The notes under the pieces are model-generated. The model had not been told where the DNA came from, did not search any database, and saw nothing but the letters and a program-made list of their open reading frames with translations. Shown here piece by piece: positions 9,301 to 20,300 of a stretch of DNA of 64,000 bases. The position numbers and the translations under genes were made by a program. Origin of the DNA: Nitrospirota bacterium (lineage in GTDB: Bacteria > Nitrospirota > UBA9217); the NCBI GenBank assembly GCA_963751455.1, contig CAVVUN010000006.1, positions 32,001-96,000 on the forward strand. The letters are read 5' to 3'. How positions within the stretch are numbered: the stretch's first letter is position 1; the number at the start of each line of letters is the position of its first letter.

Positions 9301-10494
9301 ATGATAACGAATGACATGCTGGCCGATTCGCAAAAATACATAATGAACACGTATTCACGACAGCCGCTGGTACTCGTAAAGGGCCGGGGCGCCAGGGTAT
9401 ACGATTCGGACGGCAGGGAGTATCTCGATTTTGTTTCCGGGGTCGCGGTCAATAACCTGGGCCATTGCCATCCCCGCGTCGTGGTGGCGCTTCAGAAACA
9501 GGCGCAGCGGCTCATGCACGTCTCGAATCACTACCATAACGAGCCGCAGATAAACCTGGCCAAGGCGCTCGTCGCGCATTCCTTTGCGGACAAAGTATTC
9601 TTTTGCAATTCAGGGACCGAGGCGATCGAAGCCGCCATTAAACTGGCGCGGCGCTACGCACGCGAAGTATTAAAAAAGAACCGGTACGAGATCATCACCA
9701 TGTACGGCTCATTCCACGGCAGGACCATGGGTTCGCTTTCCGCTACCGGCCAGGAAAAATTTCATGCTTCCTTCGAGCCGCTTCTGGACGGATTTCGCTA
9801 CGTGCCCTTCAACGACATCAATGCAGCGGAGCAGGCAATAAACGAGAAGACCTGCGCTGTTCTTGTAGAACCCATTCAGGGCGAGGGCGGGGTCATGATC
9901 CCGTCCGGCAGCTATCTCAAAGCGCTCCGTGAACTGTGCGACCGGCATGAGCTGCTGTTGATCCTGGATGAGGTGCAGACCGGCTTCGGTCGTACAGGAA
10001 AACTGTTCGCGTACGAGCATGACGGCATAAAACCGGATGTCGCTGCACTTGCCAAAGGGCTTGGCGCGGGTATGGCGATCGGGGCGGTGATTGCTTCGGA
10101 AAAGGCGGCCCAGGCCTTTACTCCCGGCTCTCACGGATCCACGTTCGGGGGCAACCCGCTTGCCTGCGCCGCGGCCCTCGCTTCTCTCGAGGCCTTGATC
10201 GAGGACAACATCATAATCCAGGCAGTCGAGGGGCTCGGCAGGCATTTCATGGAGGGGCTTGGCGCCCTCAAGAAAAAATACAGTTTTGTGGTCGATGTGC
10301 GGGGAAAGGGCCTTTTGACGGCTATGGAAATAGACTTCGAAGGCAGGGAAATAGTGACCGCCTGCCTGAAGGACGGTTTCCTCATCAACTGTACGATGAA
10401 CAATGTGCTTCGGTTCATGCCGCCCCTCATTATTCTTGAGGAGGAAATCGATATGCTCCTCGAGGCGCTTGACCGGATACTGGCAAAACGCTGA
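9301..10494 (+). CDS. argD: Acetylornithine aminotransferase
   Basis: FFCNSGTEAIE, SFHGRTMG, EPIQGEGG, DEVQTGFGRTG, HGSTFGGNPL; upstream of argF. Confidence 0.95.
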   Translation: MITNDMLADSQKYIMNTYSRQPLVLVKGRGARVYDSDGREYLDFVSGVAVNNLGHCHPRVVVALQKQAQRLMHVSNHYHNEPQINLAKALVAHSFADKVFFCNSGTEAIEAAIKLARRYAREVLKKNRYEIITMYGSFHGRTMGSLSATGQEKFHASFEPLLDGFRYVPFNDINAAEQAINEKTCAVLVEPIQGEGGVMIPSGSYLKALRELCDRHELLLILDEVQTGFGRTGKLFAYEHDGIKPDVAALAKGLGAGMAIGAVIASEKAAQAFTPGSHGSTFGGNPLACAAALASLEALIEDNIIIQAVEGLGRHFMEGLGALKKKYSFVVDVRGKGLLTAMEIDFEGREIVTACLKDGFLINCTMNNVLRFMPPLIILEEEIDMLLEALDRILAKR

Positions 10495-10515
10495 TACAAC
10501 GTGTGTTCGTTTCGA

Positions 10516-10545
10516 AGGCGGCTGCTAAAGCCGCCTCTATTTTTT
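10516..10545 (+). terminator. Intrinsic terminator-like hairpin between argD and argF
   Basis: AGGCGGCT-GCTAA-AGCCGCCT followed by CTATTTTTT. Confidence 0.5.
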
Positions 10546-10570
10546 GAACGGCACAAAACCCGGAGAACAT

Positions 10571-11515
10571 ATGAATAAAGATCTGCTCGCACTATCGGAC
10601 CTTACCCCGGAAGATATCCGGGATATTCTAAGGCTTTCCTCGTCGCTTAAAAAAATCCAGAAGAGCGGAAAACAGCACCAGCCGCTCAAAGGCAAATGCC
10701 TCGGCATGATCTTCGAAAAATCCTCCACGCGGACGCGCGTCTCCTTCGAAGTCGGCATGTATCAGCTGGGCGGCCGTGCGTTGTTCCTGTCGTCCAACGA
10801 TCTCCAGATCGGCCGCGGCGAGCCGATCGCGGACACCGCGCGGACCCTTTCGCGTTATCTTGACGCAATCATGATCCGGACCTTTGCACAGGCAACCGTG
10901 GAAGAATTCGCACACCAGGCATCGATCCCGGTCATAAACGGGCTGACCGATCTTCATCATCCCTGCCAGGCGCTTGCCGACCTGCTTACGATCAGGGAAA
11001 AACGGGCAAAACTGAGCGGCCTCAGGTTCTGCTACATCGGCGACGGAAACAATATGGCGCACTCTCTGATCGAAGCATGTGCCAAGACCGGCATGCATGC
11101 CTTCCTTGCCTGCCCTCCCGGATACGAGCCTGATGCGGCAATCATGCGTGAAGCACAGCAGGAAGCGGCCAGGAACGGGTCCGACGTTCGCCTTTCGAAC
11201 GATCCCGAGAAAGCAGTCAGGAACGCGGACATTGTGTACACGGATGTGTGGGCAAGCATGGGACAGGAAAGCGAGCATGCCAAACGGGTAAACGCCTTCA
11301 GGGGTTTCCAGGTGGACGCGAAGCTCATGAAGCTGGCTGCGCCGAACGCTCTCGTGATGCATTGCCTTCCCGCTCACCGGGGAGAGGAAATAGCTGCGGA
11401 GGTTATCGACGGTCCGCAGTCCGTGGTTTTCGATCAGGCCGAAAACCGGCTCCATGCTCAAAAAGCAGTGCTCGAGTTGCTCCTCACGCGAAAACGCAAA
11501 AAGCCGCGGGCCTGA
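10571..11515 (+). CDS. argF: Ornithine carbamoyltransferase
   Basis: SSTRTRVSF, HPCQALAD, YTDVWASMG, HCLPAHRG; ATG 10571 after GGAG. Confidence 0.97.
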   Translation: MNKDLLALSDLTPEDIRDILRLSSSLKKIQKSGKQHQPLKGKCLGMIFEKSSTRTRVSFEVGMYQLGGRALFLSSNDLQIGRGEPIADTARTLSRYLDAIMIRTFAQATVEEFAHQASIPVINGLTDLHHPCQALADLLTIREKRAKLSGLRFCYIGDGNNMAHSLIEACAKTGMHAFLACPPGYEPDAAIMREAQQEAARNGSDVRLSNDPEKAVRNADIVYTDVWASMGQESEHAKRVNAFRGFQVDAKLMKLAAPNALVMHCLPAHRGEEIAAEVIDGPQSVVFDQAENRLHAQKAVLELLLTRKRKKPRA

Positions 11516-11805
11516 TTCGGGAAAGATCTTCTCTGCAGCCCTCACTTTCGTTCCGGCACAATGAAATTGAGCGCTGCCGGTCTTCCTAATAATCAGTGCA
11601 AAACCATGTGCCGGGGATACCGCCGGACCCTCATTCATTTATGCAATAAAGTGTATTTGTTTGCAATTTCATTTATTTACTACGTTGTTAGTAATCTATA
11701 AAAGGAATGGCAATAAATCTCAAATTGTAATGTCACGCTGACAAGCACTTTTAAATGTGTTATAACATGATGCAGTATTATGCATAACACGTTTGGAGGC
11801 GGCGA

Positions 11806-12531
11806 ATGAAACCTTTAATCGGCATTACAATGAATTTAGAGGTTCAACCTTCAAGGAACCTGAACGTTCTCGATCAGGACTATGGAAAAGCTGTGGCACA
11901 GGCCGGCGGTATACCGGTGCCGATCCTCGGGATCGAATCATCCATACCGGACCTTGTAAAGCAGCTCGACGGGTTCCTGTTCACCGGGGGAGACGATCTC
12001 CACCCCCGTTTCTATAAAGAAAAACTTCTTAAGGGCGCAAGTACATCGTTGTCGCCGGATATGCGTACCGAATTTGAAATAAAACTCTTCAAGCACGCGG
12101 CTAAAATGAAAAAACCCGTGCTTGGGATTTGCCATGGAGCACAGCTGATTAATGTGGCATTGGGCGGGAGCTTGTATCAGGATATCTCGCGGCAGATCCG
12201 CAAGACCATTAGACACAGTCCGGCAAAAAAAAGCGAAAAGGTGTATCATCCGGTAAGCATTTTTGAAGGCACCAGAATCTGCCACATCATAGGAGATTGC
12301 CAGTTCGGAAAATGCTCGATAAGCGTGCGCAGCTCGCATCATCAAAGCATAAAAAATCCGGGCAAAGGCCTGAGGCTTTCAGCGGTATCATCGGACGGCG
12401 TTTGTGAGGCCCTGGAGTCACGCTCCCAAAAGAATTTCCTGGTCGCTGTACAGTGGCACCCGGAAAAAACGATCAATGACCGATACACGAAGAAACTCTT
12501 CGAGGCGTTCGTCAACGCGTCAAGAAAATAA
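11806..12531 (+). CDS. Gamma-glutamyl-gamma-aminobutyrate hydrolase family (peptidase C26)
   Basis: MKPLIGIT, FTGGDD, LGICHGAQ, SSHHQSI, VQWHPE. Confidence 0.92.
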   Translation: MKPLIGITMNLEVQPSRNLNVLDQDYGKAVAQAGGIPVPILGIESSIPDLVKQLDGFLFTGGDDLHPRFYKEKLLKGASTSLSPDMRTEFEIKLFKHAAKMKKPVLGICHGAQLINVALGGSLYQDISRQIRKTIRHSPAKKSEKVYHPVSIFEGTRICHIIGDCQFGKCSISVRSSHHQSIKNPGKGLRLSAVSSDGVCEALESRSQKNFLVAVQWHPEKTINDRYTKKLFEAFVNASRK

Positions 12532-14129
12532 TCCCCTCAATCAAAGGGAAGCTCTCCTTTCGCTCCTCTGCCTTTTTCTGGTAACGGTTCTGGTAATAAC
12601 CGCTTCAGCCTGCCGAAGAACGGATGATGAACGGCTTTCCGGGTACCTGTACCTTCGCCTGAACGCCAATCCTACCAGCCTCGACCCCGCGCTGATCACG
12701 GATGTAATGGGCGGCGGCATCGCTGCAAAGCTCTTTAACGGATTGGTGCGCTTCAATGAAAATCTGGATATCGTGCCCGACCTCGCCGCGTCCTGGACCC
12801 TTTCCCATGACCAGTTGACCTACACTTTTCGGCTGAGGCCGGATGTCCGGTTCAATACGGGCAGGTATGTAACAGCCGGCGACTTCCGCTATTCGTTCCA
12901 ACGGGTACTGAACCCCGTAACAAAGGCCCCGCTCACCTGGGTTCTTGACAAGATCGAAGGATCGCGCGATTTTGCCACGCGTAAGACGCGCGCGGTCTCC
13001 GGCATCCGGACTCCGGACGATCATACCCTGGTACTGAAGCTTGAAAAACCGTTCGGCCCGTTCCTGTCGCTTCTCGCCATGACGACCGCATACGTGGTCC
13101 CGCACGAAGAGGTGGCGCGCCTTGGCCAGGACTTCGGCAACCACCCTGCCGGGACCGGACCTTATGTCGTGAGCGAATGGAAACATGGTCAGCATATTAT
13201 CATGAAGGCGCGCGAGGATTACTTCGAGGGCAAGGCCCCCTTGCGCGGCATCGTCTACCGTGTAATCCCTGAGGACCTTACCTCCGTCATGGAATTCGAG
13301 ACCGGCCGTCTGGACGTTCTCCTCATCCCTTCGTCCGAATACCGGCGATATACTACGGACCCGGCATGGCGCGACCTGGTATACGCCAAGACCTGGCCTG
13401 AACAGCTATTACCTGGGCTTAAATTGCATGCTGCCGCCGTTGAACGATGTCCGGGTTCGGCGCGCGGTCAACATGGCCATCGACCGGGACCGCATCTTGA
13501 ACACGCTCTTCGAAAAAAGGGGTGTACTTGCTCAGGGCCCCATTCCTCCGGGACTCTGGAAAAACATGTCTCCGACCTCGAAGGGGTATGCCTATGATCC
13601 CGATAAAGCAAAAGAGCTCATACGGCAGGCAGGCGCTGAAGGCGCGCGCATCAAGATCTACATTTCGGCGGACCCGGAGGTCCTGGATATCGTCGAGGTA
13701 ATACAGAACTACCTGGCGAAGGCGGGATTAAAAGCAGATATAATACAGCTGGACTGGAGCGCATTCAAGCACGCGGTCAACGAAGGAGAGCCGAACGCAT
13801 TCTGGCTTTCCTGGTGGGCCGATTATCCTGATCCGGAAAACTTTCTCCTCCCTCTATTCCATTCTGCAAGCGTCGGCTCTGCCGGGAACCGGACCCGCTG
13901 TCTCGATCCTGTCCTCGATAAACTGATCGAAACCGCCCAGAGAACCGTAGATGAACGCAAGCGCTACAGGCTTTACCGTGAGGCGGAGGACCGGATCATA
14001 GACAATGCGCCCTGGGTTTTCATGTGGCACCGGTCCGATAATTTTGTAGTTCAACCCTGGGTAAAGAACTTCAGGGTCTATTCGATCTACTCTATCGATA
14101 AAGGCGGAGACATAACGGTTACCCGCTAA
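12476..14129 (+). pseudogene. Peptide/nickel ABC substrate-binding lipoprotein (family 5), +1 frameshift near 13391
   Basis: ASAC lipobox, NPTSLDPA, GTGPY; frame 1 ends ...YAK then PGLNSYYLGLN continues in the next frame (TAC GCC AAG A CCT GGC CTG); start uncertain; could be a sequencing error. Confidence 0.75.
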
Positions 14130-14159
14130 AAGCACCCTCCAAATCCGCTCATCCATGAT

Positions 14160-14373
14160 ACCCCTCACCCTACCCCTCAAGGGAAAGGGTGTGCTTCATG
14201 ATCGAGAGAACTACGAGTGTCCTCCCCTTGTCAGCAGTTGGTATCCCGCAGGTTCATAAAGTCTTCTAGCGACCGAGCGAAGCAATCTCGATTTAATAAA
14301 ATCGCTAAATCTAGATCGCCGCGTCGGAAAAACCACTCCTCGCCATATCGAAAGTTTTTCAGAGTCTTGCTAG
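14160..14373. repeat. Degenerate REP/MITE-like fragments at the left island edge
   Basis: CCCTCACCC..AAGGG hairpin, GCGAAGCAATCTC motif, and TTTTTCAGAGTCTTGCTAG resembling the MITE end at 40754-40774. Confidence 0.4.
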
Positions 14374-17300
14374 TTTGCTAACTTCATCAGATACCATTTC
14401 TTCTCCCAGATCTTTATCAGCTCGCTAAGCTTCAATCGAATTGACGCCACATCCATCGACAGTTTTTTGATTTCATCAGTCGCTTTAATAATAAATTTTA
14501 GATTATCTTCAGCTTCCTTGCCGGTTGAGGCATTCGCGTTCACGCGATGCAGGGCGTCAATCGCTTCGTTTATCGTCTCGGCATCGCTCATGCTCGCCAT
14601 GGTGATATTTGTAAGATCTGTAATGACCCCTCTCAAAAGCTGGTCCGAACTGTTCAAGACGATCAGTGTTAGCGGATACCTTCCGTATGAAACAAATATA
14701 CCGTTATTGTCGTAGAACACTTCCGTTATGGCTGTATATTCACCGGCCCTATCCGGAAGGTTCAAGGCATAACCAAAGCGCGCGTTCTCATTGGAAGCAA
14801 TGGTTTTCTGCCACGCTATGGATCCTTCCATCGCTATTCCTTCCGGAACAATCGAATCGGCAGTTGTGTCTGCTGGCACCGTCTCAATGATCCTTACTGT
14901 CACCGGCTCTGAGGAATTTTTGACCCCAGTCTGTAGCGGAACGCTGTCCATAGCCCTGGCCGAATGCTCCAGCGGCCTAACATGATTTATACTGTTTACC
15001 ATAAGGGCTGCTGCTTGAGTCTGATCCGATGAGTTCAGCAAGTCGAACGTGTATAGTAACGACCTGCCCTTCCCATACTGATTCGATATGATCACCGGTA
15101 CCATCTGCTGCTTGTCCATCACCGTGCCATATGCCTGAGCCGTTTCCGCACTTATAGTCGCTACGATCGCTTTGCCCAATAGCTTAAGCTCCCCTTCATT
15201 GCTGATGAAGCTTGATTCAAGGTTAACCGCGAGATCGGGTCTCGTTGTCTTTCCGGTCAATTTCACGCCAAAAACGTCATCCAGGAAAGGATTTGCATCC
15301 TGACGGGTCTTCAGGAAAATAAGCCCGTCGCCGAAGTAAACCGCTTCACGGAGTTCTTCGCTTACAACCGGTTCCTTAACATCGATCAGTATGTACGTAT
15401 TGTACCTGCCGGAACGAAGACCAGAGGTAAAGTCATCCATGTTCCCGGCGATCATGTAATTCACGCGAAGTGACGCCAGGAGAGCATCCAGTTGCCGGAT
15501 GTCGGCTTGTTTCTGTTCCCTGTCGGATTTGTCGCTCCAAACCCCAACCAGGACAACGGGTTCCACGCCAATTGCCTTCTCTATATTATCTATGACGATG
15601 AGCCGTACGGTCAAAGATTTTTCTGCCTCTTCGTTCAAAACATTGTCTATGGATTTATAAGTTATAGTGTGAGTTCCTGAGGCAAGCTCCGTAAGACCGA
15701 AGCTTCCGGTATAGCCCTGCCACTCTCCTTCGTCGATACGGTACGTCGTGGTTCGAACGCCGGAAAGGTTGTCCGTTCCGTTCAGCGTAAACAGAGTCTT
15801 CGGTGAAACAATATTAACAATGCCGGGAGAGAGCGGGTCAGAGCCTGATAGCTCGGTTATTGCCTGCTCTTTGTCCAGATTAACGGCGTAAGAATTTTCA
15901 GTCTCTATATTTCCAATATTATCAACAGACCGGAAGGTAATAGTGCGGACCCCGTCCTGATAGGCCCCGAGTTCGACCGGACCGGTATATGTCTCGAAAG
16001 GGCCTTCGTCGACGCGGTATTCTGTTTTGGCTACGCCGGCAAAATCGTCGGTGGCATTTAACTCAATGTGTGTGCTCCCCGAAACGAAAACCTGTCCGTT
16101 CACCTCATATTTCGGAGTTCCAAGGGATAATACCGTTACCGGGGGCGTGGTATCCATCTGGACGGTGAAACCTACTGACAGGGGAATAGTAGTATGCCCT
16201 GCGGTGTCTGAGGCCTTAAAACCGACAGTATGGTTCCCGTTGTCCGCAAGCACTGGCTGCCATATAGCTTCATACCGGCCTGAGGCAGCAATAAGGGGCA
16301 GTGTGTTCCATGGGCCGTCGTCAACACGATATTCTACCGCGCCGATGCCTAATCCGCCGTCCAAAACAGCGGCAGAAATGCCGACTGCCGAATTGTATGT
16401 GCTGTTCTGCACAGGCGAGACGATGGTAACAACAGGCAGTGTATTGATTGGGAGCGAATTCTGGAAGATGTTTCCGCCGCTCTGGAAATATACGCCGTAG
16501 AAGAGCCTGTCTCGACTAAGCGTACCGAGCGGGACGTTAAACGTAGGGGTCGCCGGCTGCGAGGTCAGGGTAAACGTTTGCATATCATGGTGCGCTCCAT
16601 AGCGGATTATCGCAACATACGTGCCGTCCTCGAACTGGGTCTGTTTTTCAACGTTCATGGTCAAAACCGCGGTATCATCATTATAATAGATTTGCTTATC
16701 GAGTGATGCGGTCACGGCTACGTTCACGCCTGCTACGCTGAATCTGGTTTTTCCGGACGTGCCCTGCGAGGCAGCAGCAGCAAGGTTATAATCTACAAGA
16801 TAGTCGGTCGCCTGGGCGTCTTCCGGCACCGCGAAGTTAAATGCCAGGACCTTTTCTTCGCCCGGCTGCAGAACGTTCGACGCCATCTGGTTCAGGACAT
16901 CCATGGCCTTGACCGAGAAATCCGCGCTGCCGGCCAGCGTCCCGGTATTTTTAATTGTAAAATTCAATGTCGCCGCTTTGCCGACCGTAAAGATCGGGCT
17001 CGTCGGAATGGAAGTTATCTCGAAAATCGGGCCTGATACTCTGACCTGGGATTGATTGGTTGCAAGCAGGCTGCCCGAGGAAGTGTAAAGATTGACCTCT
17101 ACAGGATAGGCGCCTGAAATTATGCCCGCAGGATCTAAGTTGATTAGGTAATTCATTGAGTCGTGAGCTTCCAGGCCCGATACTGGCGTTTCGCCTCGCC
17201 AGACAGCCTTGCCGAAATTATCCATGACTGCGAGTGTGATCGTACCGTTCACAATGTTATACCCGTTATTCACGATGTTCATTGTGACCGGTATCAGCCC

Positions 17301-20300
17301 GGTCTTCTCCTGACTTCCGGAAGCCGTCGACATCGTGACGTCATTTTCCCTGGCTACAGTAAACGAGGACGACGCATAGGAATACGGCTGTGAACTTTCT
17401 GCATAGAGCCAGCATGTTCCTTGGATAACGTCAAAGGTGAGAGTATCCGTGAAGGTCTCCCCCTTTGCCAGGAAGTACGATTTTGTCAGACTGAGCACAG
17501 ATGGCTGAAGCGAGTAAGTCACGCTGATAGTTTCATCTATGGTGCCGGTGTTCGTTATAGTCACCGGAACCGTAATCTTCCCCTCGGGATACAAACCTGA
17601 TGGCGTCTGATTCCCCGACCCTATTGTGATCTGCGCTGCCTCTCCATATGTTACGATCTTAGATGCAGTCTGATATACGTCGCCAGTTACATAAACCCTA
17701 TATGTCATTGTCCGGTCAATCTGCTGGTTATATTGTAAAAGTCTCGTTTCACTCGCCGGTATAGTAAGTGAATCGGTATCGATTGCATCCCACGAGCTGT
17801 TGTAAACTGTATATTGTATGTTGATATCAATTCTTCCGGTATTCTTTAACTCTACGTTTAGATAAAAGGGCTTTCTGTCTGCAATATCGGGCCCCGAAAT
17901 AGACATGGTCGCCTTTGGATTAGCAATCTCATACTGATCAGTAATCTCGGCCAGGGTTGCGGTCTGGCTTACACTGCCAATAAGGAAGACGACACCCTCA
18001 AGTCCTGCTGTTGCTGTAGTAGTAAACGTGTGGGTCCCACTTGCTGGAACATTAATATTTTCAGTATGTATGGTTTGCAAACTTCCATCCGACTTCTGAG
18101 ACTTGATTATGAGTTTTAAATTGGTCGCGTTTATCGTTGTGATATTTTTCACTTCACCGGAAATCGTAACCGTTTCTCCCTGTCTGTAGATCTTTTTATC
18201 GGGAGCAAAGAAGAGGACGATGCCGCTGTTAACAATATAGAACGGATATCCCGATCTAGCAATAGTTTGTCCGAGATTGTTCTTCAAAGTAGTTTCAAGA
18301 TATAGTTTACCAAGAGTGTTTAGCGAGCCGATATTTATTGTATAATCATTGTTACTATTTGGCTCTTGATTAATTGGGATCGTTGTTTCAAAGATGGACT
18401 CTGAGCCGCCAATCGAAAAAGGAAGCATTCTTTGAATGCGATTATTGCCGCTGTCTATCGCGTATACGATACCTTCAGCGTTAACTCCTATCTCCGGAAC
18501 TGATTGGAATTGTCCGTCACCGCTGCCGCTGCTGCCCCATTTTGCTTTAAAATTACCATTACTATCAAATTTCTGGACTCGATTATTCAATGTTTCGCCT
18601 ATATATACAAATCCATTGGCGTCTACAGCTATACCACGAGGATAATAAAATTGCCCATTACCGTAGCCAGAACTTCCCCATTTGATAATAAAATTTCCAC
18701 TCGGATCGAACTTCTGGATGCGATAATTATCCGAATCTACAACGTACACAGACCCATCCGGCCCAACAGCCATATTTATTGGGAAATTAAACTGCCCATT
18801 GCCGGTTCCATAACTCCCCCACTTGGTAATAAAGCCGCCATTAGCGTTGAACTTCTGAATTCGATTAATTACAGTATCTGACACATAGATCGAACCGTTA
18901 GAATCAATAGCTATCCCGTTGGCAGACGCAAATTGACCATTGCCGTATCCGTAGCTGCCCCATTTATAAACGAATTGTCCATTCGCATTAAACTTTTGAA
19001 TTCGATTATTCCCGTGATCAACTACATACACATAGCCATCACGAGACACAGCTATACCGTAGGGATAAATAAATAGTCCATTCCCACTGCCATAGCTCCC
19101 CCACTTCGTTATGTAGTTTCCATCCCTATCGAACTTCTGGATGCGATGGTTGTAACTGTCCGCAACATAGATTGAGCCGTCAGATGCTACTGCTATCCCT
19201 TGCGGCCATTTAAACTGTCCATTACCGCTGCCCTGACTTGTGCCCGTCTCTGGAATAAACTGAGTGAATACTCCACCTGACGGCTGTTTATTCTTATAGA
19301 CCTTAATGTCCAGCGTTCCGTTTTCCACACCTCTAGAGCTATTCGCGAGTGTACTGATAGCGGTAATTGTATCTGTGCTCTGGTATGTTTGTTGGTCCGT
19401 CCTGGAAAGGAGACTTGTTACAAGACCCTCAACATTAAAAATTTTGTTGAGTTGTGCCAAGTTCCCTGTTTTCAGATCCTTTACTACAATATTGAGGAAT
19501 ACAATACCTCCTGCAGTCTGAGCCGGAATCGGGATGCTGGTGAGCACCTTTCTCTCTCCTGCAAGGATTTCGCCGGACACGGAACTCTGATAAAGCACTT
19601 CACCTTCGGTATCAGTAATAACTATTTTTTCCGTAGCATATGTCGTATCCACCGCTCCCTCATTTTCGACCCATACAGTTACGACATCGCCGGCAGCTAT
19701 TTGCGTTGCCACTGAGCTATCCACTATCAGATCGGATCCCTGCACGGCAAAACTTGTAAGAGCCGTTATGGAATCGCCTGATAATGAGGTTATAGTAACG
19801 TTGACTCCATGCCGGCCTGACGTAATAGTATCTGGGATCATGAAAGAAAATACTAATTCGCGAGTCGTGCTCGGCGACAGAGATACTGTCGTTGTTTGGG
19901 AATAACCTGTATCGGCAACAGCTAAAGTCACCGTCATTTCGTCCTGGCTGAACTTTCCCGTATTCATTAAATTCATCTTCAAGTTCGCCGTCTCTCTCAT
20001 CCGGTATGTGATCTTATCAAAAGAGAAAGAAGCAGCGGATGAATTTGGAATAGAGATGGTTGTGTGATTAATCGTCCCTGTTTCATCGGACTGAGTAAAA
20101 CTCAAAGTATAGTTCCCGAATTTGAGCATTGGAAGGGGCGTGGACGGAACAGTAATAGTCGTAGTCTGCCCGACTTCAATACTGAAGGTCCGGGTTCCGG
20201 TCGCGACTATAGCACCACTCGGATCGCTGAGGATCACGTTCAAAGTCCCGGATGTCACACCGATCCTACCGATATTGTTTACACCGAATGAAATAGCTGT

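Noticed and set aside
11769-11786. ARG-box-like palindrome GATGCAGTATTATGCATA
   Set aside because: Single imperfect copy in AT-rich DNA, downstream rather than upstream of argDF; not supportable
18430-19250. Regular about 141-bp periodicity as a possible CRISPR or DNA repeat array
   Set aside because: In-frame NHL protein repeats with synonymous divergence; no invariant repeat/unique spacer pattern
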